Positions 38,701 to 47,800 of a stretch of DNA of 64,000 nucleotides are shown here, in pieces; position 1 is the stretch's first letter; every line of letters starts with the position of its first letter. Below the pieces are notes generated by a model. That model searched no databases. It saw only the letters and a program-made list of their open reading frames with translations, and was not told where the DNA came from. The stretch is from a virus, in IMG/VR virus record IMGVR_UViG_3300031857_007891, positions 5,673 to 69,672 of that record. One strand, written 5' to 3'. Made by a program: the position numbers and the translations under genes.

Positions 38701-39038
38701 TCCAAATATCTGGACTAGTAAACATGGAGTATCTAAACAATGTTAGAAGAGTAGATGGAAGCTGGGTTATTAATGAGTTCAGAGATCTCAGCAGATATGG
38801 AACTAGCAGTGATGGACTTGCAACACTATCTCCTGGTTTAGGGGAACAGATGTTCCTAGAAGAAGGAAGAATAAACATTACTTATATAAGCTCTACAAAA
38901 GAATGGTATGACCAGAGAAAGTTTGTAGATAAGTGGATAGGATTACGATTAATTTATAACCCATCTACTACCAATTCTAATGTAGATTTAGTATATTTGT
39001 ACAATGTAGTCTTTAACTCTAGACAGTCGTTTAGATAA
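35784..39038 (+). CDS. two Fib_succ_major (FISUMP)-like domains, Ig-like repeats and the C-terminal part of the muzzle protein
   Basis: IGAQKWVAANL..GHLYN..RVPS.DDF..AGGELK..SGFS..GAG.R..FW..GFSVRL (two copies); C-terminal WTISFS..W.SRH.Y.P, W.INEFRD, KFVDKW..LRL. Confidence 0.8.
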   Translation: MAFCNNQYPDQGTNTPNAAVGFNSGTVTIETEGIDITYPTIVITDGNLGFTPREWFGANLIGANIFGLTFTASETAWRLTTNTYAAGPAFNGTDNEFSTIDKAGFNLCRAGFLYKPACISKINEWLDSDEAVKQIGSGWRVATETDFNELHRVIGSQNAVYKVRTNAPTTSTTSTTLWSTLSTATPAGVTLNYSGFNAFAAGARTITGTGVAGGINQQARLAAWWLGPSNGDPNGTDNTFTINSVINTKSVSAWYLNENTPPSTGALMNLRFNTSAVLEVGSAKVSNDPLAGNSIRLVRDYVNPTCTDLTTSNDALNRSITYDSISLGGVTYPTLWIGAQKWVAANLIGNFGNIPYTESQSAWNNLSAEGYSSYNAPNDLLGCYNGHLYNGYAATAINNRLIATSSLYRVPSTDDFNELLATLGLSAATAGGELKTNSISTTETYWNDPNTAANNSSGFSGIGAGIRGITGATANYSDLKISTSFWTITAGASAGLQQSRSLSKDTDAFNLSDQDIKYGFSVRLLIPSIPVNVFFAGAGLGTVQILGSDSAITNSSSGGYTIRLRNGENAIITATPNPNSVVTSIAAATVVGSTSVAITDGQIAALSEAVNVTVTFGIFVPPSIPNEWEKQNLCIGDTVVLSNYNCDIVNTVSYIVMDGVSINQFTTNPSGDPCTISFVIPSGVSIGETVSVNFYGGGGTLLESLPFSVKICGGDFFGPDANIGAPACSTITYTNSDCSVIQNFDQLYVDGVLATYAIVSNTPPCQIVIEIPELQGKFPKPVKIDFYSDGRPSFTETYLITANCDGVGDGEVVNPSCLELLETDNLTFVDCQTGQVVPFEEGTVFKRTGWTISFSTELGVWESRHTYYPYMYMYNSKAMYTLYREFGIDSFWKHTERAKRLLYYGRPLQDNFELEVIFPGEDRRTTTGTTTTRNSNKIFSAFAISADSFEDGLDMMRNKYNLPFTEFYVYNSFQISGLVNMEYLNNVRRVDGSWVINEFRDLSRYGTSSDGLATLSPGLGEQMFLEEGRINITYISSTKEWYDQRKFVDKWIGLRLIYNPSTTNSNVDLVYLYNVVFNSRQSFR
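38992..38999 (+). promoter_or_regulatory. -7 promoter element TATATTTG upstream of the cargo gene block
   Basis: Exact TAnnTTTG 50 nt before ATG 39050, inside the end of the upstream gene. Confidence 0.45.
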
Positions 39039-39049
39039 CCTTTACTCCG

Positions 39050-42000
39050 ATGACTAAAAAAACTTACTTTAAGGGAAAGAAGAAATCAGTTAAACCTAAG
39101 AAATATCAATTTGCTGGGTTTGAGGAAGCTATGCAAATAGATAATACTGGTTACCTTAATAAACTTTACAATCCTAACTATTACGGATCTCAACAGGCTG
39201 TAGACACGACTGCTACTAAGGAGAACATATCTAAGAATGTACAGTTAGGTCAAACAGCTGCTATAAATATACAAGGGGCTAAGGAAAATACTGCTGATGC
39301 AATAACTAGATTACAGCAAGTTAAAACAGATGCAGAAGCTGCAGAAAAACAGCAGTTAACTGAAATGAATGAGGCTAGTAAGACACAAGCAGTAACTTCT
39401 GCTGGAGCTTCTCTTTTAACAGGATTGGGGGATATTGCTAAAACTTATCTTCCTGCAGCTGCAGCAAAAGCTTCTACTACTGCAGTAGCTAAGCCACCAG
39501 CAAATCTACTTACTAAGTTTGGGACACCTCCTAGTTCTAACGTAATGAATTTTAAAGTTCCTGGAGCAGAATCAATAGGTGAGCAAGGAGTTAAAAATAC
39601 AATAGGCTCGGCAACCTGGTCAACTCCTGGAGCCGCAGCTGCAGCAGCTGGTATTGGAATAGCTGCTAGTGTTGGGGGGTCTTTATGGGATAATTTATCA
39701 GAAGATGCTGATCCATATACTTATAGTAGAAAAGAAAAATGGGGGGATTGGGGAGGAAATATACTTTCTGAAACAGGTAAGTGGGGAGGTGTAGGAGCAA
39801 CGGTAGGTGGGCCTTTAGGAGCTTTAATAGGAGGAGTAGCTGGAGTAGGTATTGGAGCCTTTAAAGCTGCAAGAGAATCTAAACAAAATAAAAAAATGGC
39901 TAAGGAGATGACAGCTGAAAGAGATAGACAGCAAGCTGAGTATCGTAGATTAATGAATGAATACCAATCAAATTTAGACAAACAGCAAAGAGTCTATGAT
40001 TATAATAAGGCAAAGATTCAACAGAATATAGTTATGGGGGAAGAACAGTTAAGACAGAACAGACTTCAAGACTTAACAGAAAGTCAGTTATCTGGTAATA
40101 CTTCTATAGTTAAAACTGGAGGAAAAAGAAACTACTTTGGTAAAGGTGGGGTAAGTGTTCCAGGGGGACAAATTGTCCCTATAGGTGGAGGAGCTGTAGA
40201 GTTTGTTGGAAGAAAACATTCTCAAGGTGGAATTCTACTAGACCCACAAACTGAGGTAGAAGGTGGTGAAACTATGGACCAAGTTGCAATGAATGAATAT
40301 AAAGGTGGAGGTAAAATGAATGATTACTTCTTCTCAGCTTATCTTAAACTTGGGGGTAAGTCATTTGCTCAAAGACATAAAGAATTAATTAAGAGTGGAG
40401 CTGGCCAAGCAGCTATCCAAGAGTTAGCTAGAAAACAAGAAGAGGTAGCTTATAAGAATGGAGAGAAGGATAGAAGTCCAAAACAAATTGCTAAGTATGG
40501 TGGAGTTAGACAATATGCACCTGGTGGTCCTAAAGACGATACTGTCTCAATGGCTGAGTGGAAAGCAATGGATAAGAACCAAAGGTATAAATTAGTATAT
40601 GATTTAGCTGCAAAAGCAGGAGATCCAATGCCAGAAGTAACAGCAGCTCAATGGGCTATTGAAAGTGATTTTGGAAGAGCAATGACTGGTACGTGGAACT
40701 TTTTTGGGCAAACAACTAAAAGCAAAGATTCTACTAATTTAGCAACCCCAAGAGATCCTAGTGGTGGAAGTAAAAGGTTTAAAAATTATGAAAGCTTAGA
40801 AGATTCTGTTGCAGATCACGTTAACAGATGGTCACCAAAATATAAAGATGCAAAGAATCCTGAGGAGGCTTTAATGATGCTTGAAAATTATGGTGGAAAA
40901 GGTAGATATGCTGAAGGTTATCCAACCAAAGAGTTCCCAGAAGGAGATTGGAAAGCCTACGTAAAAAATACAAATAGCATTATAAAACAATATGATCCTG
41001 TAGTTAAAGCAAAACCTGCAGCTGCAGCACAAGCACAAGCTCAAGTTGATGGGCAACCTATGAGTGCTGCTGAGTATCAAAGATTGACTGCAGGCAGACC
41101 TCCTCTTCCTTCTGGAGCTGTTCAATCCACATCTAGTCCAATTGATTATGCTCTTTTAGGAACTGGTTTAGGTATTGCTAGGGGTACTGGAGCTCTTGCA
41201 GGATTTGTAGGAGGTGCTGCTAGAGATATGGTAGGTAATGCTACAAGGCCTACACCTGGTACAGTTACACCAAGAGCTGAGTTAGTAAGAATGCCACAAA
41301 CAGGTACAGGAGTAACACCTTTTGCACCAAATGGTCCAAACTGGACATTCTGGAAACCAGGTGTTGGTGGTCAAGCAACTACCCAAGGAGGTAAATTTCC
41401 TTTAATGGCTCCTGTTAAGGAGAGTGTAGGAAAACTTCCTGATGTTGCTACAGCTCAAAAAGCTGCTGAGTTTACTCCAACTCCATTTAGTGTAACTCCT
41501 GCCGCAGATGGTACAGCAGTAGATCCAGGAACAGAGGGGCCATTCCCACAGGATCCTGCAGAAAACCTTTCTAGTGCTACTACGTTAAACTATTCTTCAA
41601 AATTTGATCCTACTATATCTCTAAAAACTCCTCTTGAGTCTATAAAACCAGATATAAAAAAGAGTACAGAGCCTGACAGTAAACCAGAGTTTAATCCAAT
41701 GTATACAAAGCAGCAGATAAAGAATGCTAGAAGATTAGCTGCTTTTGGATTTTTATCTCAACTAGCAGCACCTACAGCAGCATTGTTTATGAAACCTAAA
41801 CTTGTAGGAGCTCCTCAAACTATTACTCCTGCATTGCTAGACGCTGCAATGGCTGCTAAGGCAGTAGGTCCAATGGTTACCCCTGGAACAGTTGCTGCTC
41901 AAAGACTTGGTAGAATAGCTCCGCAGACAGACAATATCCTTAATACAAATGCTGCTACTAAGCAGTTCATGGCTAACATGGGTGACCCATCTGCTATGGT

Positions 42001-42556
42001 TGGAATGATTGCTAGTGATACTAGAGCAGCAGAAGCAGAGAGAAAAGAAATGCAAAGAGCTCAAGAAATAAATACTCAGTTAGCTTCTGAAGAAGGTAAG
42101 ATTAAATTGCAGGCTAGTATGGCAAATCAAGATGCAAGCATGCAATCCCAGATAGCAAATCAAAGAAACATCAATGAAGCACAGAACAGATACTTTGATG
42201 TTCTTTCAAGAAATCAAGCTGCTCAGAATCAAGCTTATATAACTAATGCAGAGAATAAACTTAGAGCTGATTTAGCTAATGCAGATCTAAGAGCTGCTAA
42301 ACAAAATAGAGATATAGCAGCTCTATCAGTCATGGGAAGTAACATAGCTGGTGGGGTAGGAGATATATTCTCATATGCATCAGAAGAAGCAAAAGCTAGA
42401 ATAAATGCTGGGGAGACTGGAGTGTATGATAGAAACTTCAACTCATTGTTCCTAGGTAAGACTGGTGGTGCTAAAAAGAAAATGTACGGAGGTACTAACT
42501 CATATACATCAAGACTGGGAGATTTAAAATACAAACGAGCATTAAAAGTTAAGTAA
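39050..42556 (+). CDS. ejected cargo protein with Gly/Ala-rich membrane helices and GH73 (FlgJ/glucosaminidase-like) domain
   Basis: GGPLGALIGGVAGVGIG helices; G.KHSQGG..EVEGGE domain; AAQWAIESDFG..NFFG..FKNYESLEDS..DH..YA muramidase motifs. Confidence 0.8.
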   Translation: MTKKTYFKGKKKSVKPKKYQFAGFEEAMQIDNTGYLNKLYNPNYYGSQQAVDTTATKENISKNVQLGQTAAINIQGAKENTADAITRLQQVKTDAEAAEKQQLTEMNEASKTQAVTSAGASLLTGLGDIAKTYLPAAAAKASTTAVAKPPANLLTKFGTPPSSNVMNFKVPGAESIGEQGVKNTIGSATWSTPGAAAAAAGIGIAASVGGSLWDNLSEDADPYTYSRKEKWGDWGGNILSETGKWGGVGATVGGPLGALIGGVAGVGIGAFKAARESKQNKKMAKEMTAERDRQQAEYRRLMNEYQSNLDKQQRVYDYNKAKIQQNIVMGEEQLRQNRLQDLTESQLSGNTSIVKTGGKRNYFGKGGVSVPGGQIVPIGGGAVEFVGRKHSQGGILLDPQTEVEGGETMDQVAMNEYKGGGKMNDYFFSAYLKLGGKSFAQRHKELIKSGAGQAAIQELARKQEEVAYKNGEKDRSPKQIAKYGGVRQYAPGGPKDDTVSMAEWKAMDKNQRYKLVYDLAAKAGDPMPEVTAAQWAIESDFGRAMTGTWNFFGQTTKSKDSTNLATPRDPSGGSKRFKNYESLEDSVADHVNRWSPKYKDAKNPEEALMMLENYGGKGRYAEGYPTKEFPEGDWKAYVKNTNSIIKQYDPVVKAKPAAAAQAQAQVDGQPMSAAEYQRLTAGRPPLPSGAVQSTSSPIDYALLGTGLGIARGTGALAGFVGGAARDMVGNATRPTPGTVTPRAELVRMPQTGTGVTPFAPNGPNWTFWKPGVGGQATTQGGKFPLMAPVKESVGKLPDVATAQKAAEFTPTPFSVTPAADGTAVDPGTEGPFPQDPAENLSSATTLNYSSKFDPTISLKTPLESIKPDIKKSTEPDSKPEFNPMYTKQQIKNARRLAAFGFLSQLAAPTAALFMKPKLVGAPQTITPALLDAAMAAKAVGPMVTPGTVAAQRLGRIAPQTDNILNTNAATKQFMANMGDPSAMVGMIASDTRAAEAERKEMQRAQEINTQLASEEGKIKLQASMANQDASMQSQIANQRNINEAQNRYFDVLSRNQAAQNQAYITNAENKLRADLANADLRAAKQNRDIAALSVMGSNIAGGVGDIFSYASEEAKARINAGETGVYDRNFNSLFLGKTGGAKKKMYGGTNSYTSRLGDLKYKRALKVK

Positions 42557-42557
42557 T

Positions 42558-44855
42558 ATGGAATTATTTAGACCGTATGTAAGTCTATTCAAAGACCCTG
42601 GAATGGACGAAGCTTCCACTATCCTACGTACTAGGTATATGGAGAATTTAAAAGCTAACGATGAGTTAGCTTTAGCTGTTGATCAGATGAAGGCTGCTCT
42701 TCCATTTGAGAATGATGTTAAAAGAAAGAATGAAATACAGCAAGAGATTAATAACAGTCTAGAGCAAATGGCCGGCAGAGCTGACTATGAGAACTTAGGA
42801 CTTTCTGTATATAGAACAGCTAAAAAGTTTGCTAAGGATTACTCTCCTGTTAAAGAAAACTATGAGAGATATCAAGCTGCATTGACCAGTTTAGGGGAGC
42901 AGTATGATAAAGGTCAGCTTAACTCTGAGCAATATGCTCTAGCTCCAGGTTATATGACCAGGAATTACAAAGGCTTTGAGATGGATCCTACTACTGGAAC
43001 AGTAAAATCTGGGACAATGTTTACTGCCCCTACTATCTATAGAGACCCTAAGATTATGGATCTGGTTGCTAAAAGACTTGAAATACTTCAAATGCAAAAA
43101 AGAGGTTATGAAGAAGGTAGTGTAGTAACAGATGAGAACGGAACTTACAAACGTAAGGTTGGGGAGTATACAGAATCAATCCCAGAAGTAGATGTGATGG
43201 AAATATATAATGCTGTTATTCAAGAGCCAGATGTAGCTGCCTATCTCAGTCAAATGGCCGATATGAAAACATATGCTGCTGATAAAAGTGGTCAGACTCA
43301 AGTAGTTCTTCAATCTAATCAAAAGCAGTATCAGAATGAAATATCTAGAATACAAGCTGCTGCTACTACAGAAACTGACGAAGCTAAAAAAGCTACATAT
43401 CAAACTCAACTTACAGCTTTACAAGAGGCTTCAAGCAAAATTGATGCTGCTATGAGAGATCCTGCATTAGCTAGCAGTATGATGAGAGATTATTTTCAAG
43501 AAGAAATACTTGCTCCTGTTAAGCAATATGCAATGAAGAAAGCAGGATTGTTTACTTACAAAGAAGAGTCTGGAATATCTGGAGGTGGAGATACAACTGG
43601 TAGTACGGCTGGTGGAGTAGGTGGTCTAGTTCCTCTGATGCAGTACGATCAGGTAAGAGCTAGTATGGATGTATCAGGAGTTGACCATAAGAGCAAGATG
43701 AATTATATTGCTACTACTGATCAACAAATTGCAGCCATCAGTACCGAAATTCAGAATGCAGATAAGAATGGATACTCAGATGAGATAAAAGCAAATCTTA
43801 ATAACTCTCTTAACTCTTTAATTAATAGTAAGAATAGAGTACTAGCACAGATGAAAGAAGCAGCTGATACTAGTGTAAGTATGGCTGATCTAGAATCGAT
43901 TGATAAAAAGATTGTAGATGTAGTTAAAGCTATGGCACCTAATGCATCTAGTGGAGAACTATATACTGAAATCCAAAGAATCTTTGACAATACTGGAGAC
44001 CAAGATTATATGAATTTCCAAGCTGAATTTGATAAGCAGTTTGGTCAAGGAGCTCTAGAACAGCATCTACAAACTGGTCAGTATACATCTCAAAGAGGTC
44101 AAAGTAGAATAGGACAAGAGCAAAATAAACCTAGTGGTAGACTATCACCAACAGAAGTATTTACTGAAGCTTTAGGTGGTAGAGTAAATGCTAAGTATGC
44201 AGAGATTAAAGAAAGCCGTCTCTACAACATGGGATTAATTGAAACTGGAATGGGAAAGAAAGCAGATGTTCAAACTACGAAAGCTGTTCGTGACTTCTTT
44301 GGAGTCTCTGATAGTGGAGGAGGTAGAGCAATAATGCAAGAAGAAATTATAACAATCCAATTGCCAGATGGAAGTGCTAAGCAAGTAAGTGGTGCTGACC
44401 CTGAACTTCAAGGCTACACAATTGAAAAAGTAGGATGGGATGCAACTAGCAATACATTCAAGTTAAATCTTACTAAAGGAGAAGGAGAGAAATCAACAGT
44501 TCTAACTGCTATCTATGATGGAAATCAAGTTAGAAATGAAGGTTTAACTGCTACTTTGAATAATCCTGAAGTAAGATTTGGTACTGCAATTATGAATCAA
44601 AGGTCTATGACTCCTGGAATTCCGACTAAGTTGGTTACTGTAAAGATTAAGAATGAACCTGTAATAATTAACATCTACAGTAGAGGGGACGAATCTCCGT
44701 ATATTTCGATCACCAAACAAGACGGTACTCCATTCCTAAAAACTGATATAGAAAAAGGAACGGCTACTAAGCATAACTTGAACGAGAAGATTATAAAAGA
44801 TCTGATAAACAGTAGAGATAAGGATACAGGAAAATTGATTGTAACAGACTACTAA
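42558..44855 (+). CDS. helical cargo (ejection) protein, 765 aa
   Basis: Coiled-coil-rich ORF between cargo genes; PYVS.F N-terminus. Confidence 0.7.
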   Translation: MELFRPYVSLFKDPGMDEASTILRTRYMENLKANDELALAVDQMKAALPFENDVKRKNEIQQEINNSLEQMAGRADYENLGLSVYRTAKKFAKDYSPVKENYERYQAALTSLGEQYDKGQLNSEQYALAPGYMTRNYKGFEMDPTTGTVKSGTMFTAPTIYRDPKIMDLVAKRLEILQMQKRGYEEGSVVTDENGTYKRKVGEYTESIPEVDVMEIYNAVIQEPDVAAYLSQMADMKTYAADKSGQTQVVLQSNQKQYQNEISRIQAAATTETDEAKKATYQTQLTALQEASSKIDAAMRDPALASSMMRDYFQEEILAPVKQYAMKKAGLFTYKEESGISGGGDTTGSTAGGVGGLVPLMQYDQVRASMDVSGVDHKSKMNYIATTDQQIAAISTEIQNADKNGYSDEIKANLNNSLNSLINSKNRVLAQMKEAADTSVSMADLESIDKKIVDVVKAMAPNASSGELYTEIQRIFDNTGDQDYMNFQAEFDKQFGQGALEQHLQTGQYTSQRGQSRIGQEQNKPSGRLSPTEVFTEALGGRVNAKYAEIKESRLYNMGLIETGMGKKADVQTTKAVRDFFGVSDSGGGRAIMQEEIITIQLPDGSAKQVSGADPELQGYTIEKVGWDATSNTFKLNLTKGEGEKSTVLTAIYDGNQVRNEGLTATLNNPEVRFGTAIMNQRSMTPGIPTKLVTVKIKNEPVIINIYSRGDESPYISITKQDGTPFLKTDIEKGTATKHNLNEKIIKDLINSRDKDTGKLIVTDY

Positions 44856-44874
44856 ATTTAGAATACCAAAGCAC

Positions 44875-47800
44875 ATGGAGGAAAACCCATATTTAGCACA
44901 GATAGCAAAAGACACTGGACTTGCTGTAGACACAAACCCTTCTGATACTTCTAAATACTCAGACAATCCATACCTACAACAAATTCAAAAGGACTCTGTA
45001 AAGCCTTTAGAGATTACTACCTCTCCTGATAAATACATGTCAGGGCTAGATCAGGCTGCTGGTATAATCAATGTAACCAATAGATACCAAGACTCACTTG
45101 CTAACTATGCTAAGTATGATGTAGGACTAAGCCCATTCGGAGAAGACTGGAATGAGATTCGTGCAAACAATCAGGGAGTTGGTGAGAAGATAGGAAGAGG
45201 ATTGTTAAAGATGGGAGCCACAATGAGTGGAGCTATTGCAGAAAATACTATCGGGGTATTCTCTGGGTTAGCCTCTATGACTACTGGAGGAACCTATGCA
45301 GACAATGCAGTAGGTAGATCTGTTGATGAAATGAATGAGTGGATGGCTGAAAACCTTCCACACTACTACACTCAGAAAGAACAGGATCCTGATCGTAGTA
45401 TGTTATCTGCTCTAGGGACAGCTAACTTCTGGACTGATAAGTTTGCTAATGGATTAGGTTATTCATTAGGATCACTAGCTACAGTATGGGCTACAGGAGG
45501 TACAGGATTGATTGGTAGAGCAGTTGGGATGGTAGGAAAAGGCATAGCTACCTTTGGTGAAGCTGCAGCTGTTGGCAAGATTGCAACTACAGGAGATAAA
45601 CTTAAAAAGATTTACGAAGCCTCTAAGATGATTAAGACTGGGGCTAAGTTATCAGATGATGTAGGAAAAGCAGCTAAGATAGCTAGAGGATTAAATGCTG
45701 CTAAGCACTTAGAGGTAGGAGCTATGATGTCTCTTGCTGAATCATCAGTAGAAGCCAGAGAGAAATCTAAAGAGTTTGTAAGAGAACAATTTGAAGCTTG
45801 GGAAGAGGCTAATCCAGGTAAGTCTGCTCAACAGGATATGAGTGTTGAGGAAAGGCAAGCAATTTTAGATAGTGCAAGAGCTGTAGAGAATACAGCATTT
45901 GGTTTAAATATGGCAATCTTAATGCCTACTAACTTATTCACCTTTGGTAGTATGTTAGGGGGATCTAAGAAGTTAGCCGGAATTCCAGTTGGTGAGAGTC
46001 TTACTGATGATATTATTAAGCAAGGAGATAAGTATGTACTTAAAACTCCTACTACCTCCTTTGGAAAAACTCTTCAGAAGGTCAACAAGTTCTCAAGTCC
46101 TATCTATCAGAATTCACTTAACGAAGCTTTCCAGGAAGGAGCTCAGTATGCAATTGGTGTAGGAGCTAGTGAATATTTTAAGAATAAGTTTGATACTGGA
46201 AGTGGGGATATTGCAGGTGCCTTTATGAAAGGTATGAGTGAAACTTTTGGAAGTGCAGACGGTAGAGAAAGCATGCTTCTTGGAGCTCTCATTGGTGGAG
46301 GTATGGGGGCAGTAAGTACAACAGTTGGTGCTGAAGCTAGTAGAAGGAAAACTGTTGCTGCTAATACAGAGGCTCTGTTAAATATTAAGAACAGTGCAAC
46401 ATTCACTAACCTGGCTGCTAGTGCAGAACAGAATGATGAGATTCTTAGAACCATCACTGGGATAACTGCTGCTAACCAAATGGGGAATTATAAAGTTGCT
46501 AATGAATTAAGAAAACAACTTATTGCTCAAAGAGCTGCTAAGTTTCAGGCACTAGATGCAGAGGATCTTGCCCTTGAAGAATTCGACGATCTTGAAAAGA
46601 TGTCAGAAGAAGAGTTCATGAAACGTACAGGGTACGATACTACTAAGACAGAAGATGGTAAATTAAAAAGTATATTTTCTGAACAAAGTGGAGGTAAAAG
46701 CCATGTGCAGGTAGTTCAAGAACTTAAAGAAGAATACAAAAAGGCTGCTAAGTTAAATAGAGACTTAGATAGTATTATTCAAAGAGTTAATCCTATTCAA
46801 ACAGGATTACCTGGACTACTACAATCGAAGGAGCAGAAGGCTGCAGATGCTACTCAAAGATTATATAATCAGAGGTTGAAAGCTATTATGATGCAACACA
46901 TGGTTGGCATCGATACCAGAGATGAAGAGATTGATTCTAGCATAAATGAACTTAGAAAGCTTTCCCCAGAAGGTCCAGATTCATTTGCTTCTATTAGTAA
47001 AAATGATATTCTAGCTCTTGTTAAAAAGAACAAGATAACTATGTCTGCATCTGGGGAGATACAATTCCCTAAATCTGTAGTAAGTACTACAATTACTGAC
47101 ACAGATACAGAAGAAGAAAAAGCTAGGAAGAAAGCAGAGGCTCAAAGCCCAGAAGGAAAGAGAGAAAAGAAGGAAGAGGATGATGATAATAAGGTGCTAT
47201 CTAAACTTGAGAAAGCAATTATCTATGCTCAAAATCTTGACCCACTGGCTAAGATAAAGTTCGAAAATGAACTTGCAAATTTGTTTACTGGGTTACGAAT
47301 GAGAGAAGAATCAATAGCTGCATTCGAAGAGCTTATGACTTCTCCAGAGAGAAGAGACTTAGCCATTCTTGCTAAACAATCTGCTAAGATAGAAGCTAAG
47401 ATTGCTAATGATAACAAAGAGGCTAGTGTAGTTATTGATGAGGCTAGATCTACTGCAGACCTAGATGCCCTTATAAATACAGATACACTTAGCCCTGAAC
47501 TAAAAGAAAAACTACTTAGAAAGTATAAAGAACTTGAAGAAGTAGAAGATAGATATGCAGAAGACTTTAACATTCTTACTGACGATCATCTTAAAGATTT
47601 GATGGTGGGTATAGAAGAGATTAAAGAATCTGATCCACAAAAAGCTGTAGCTCTGATGAGAGTTGTAGCAGCTAGAGCAGGGGAGACTAAAGCTCAGAAA
47701 GAAGCTAGAGTTGCTGCAAACGATAAACAGAAAGAAGCTCAAGCAGCAGCTGAAGCCTCGGTAGCTGGATTAGGGGCTAGCCAAGCTAATACTCCTAATG

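Noticed and set aside
35784-39038. Complete diversity-generating retroelement targeting the Fib_succ_major-like domains
   Set aside because: No reverse transcriptase and no adenine-variant template repeat in the window; the 692-962 region does not resemble the domain ends
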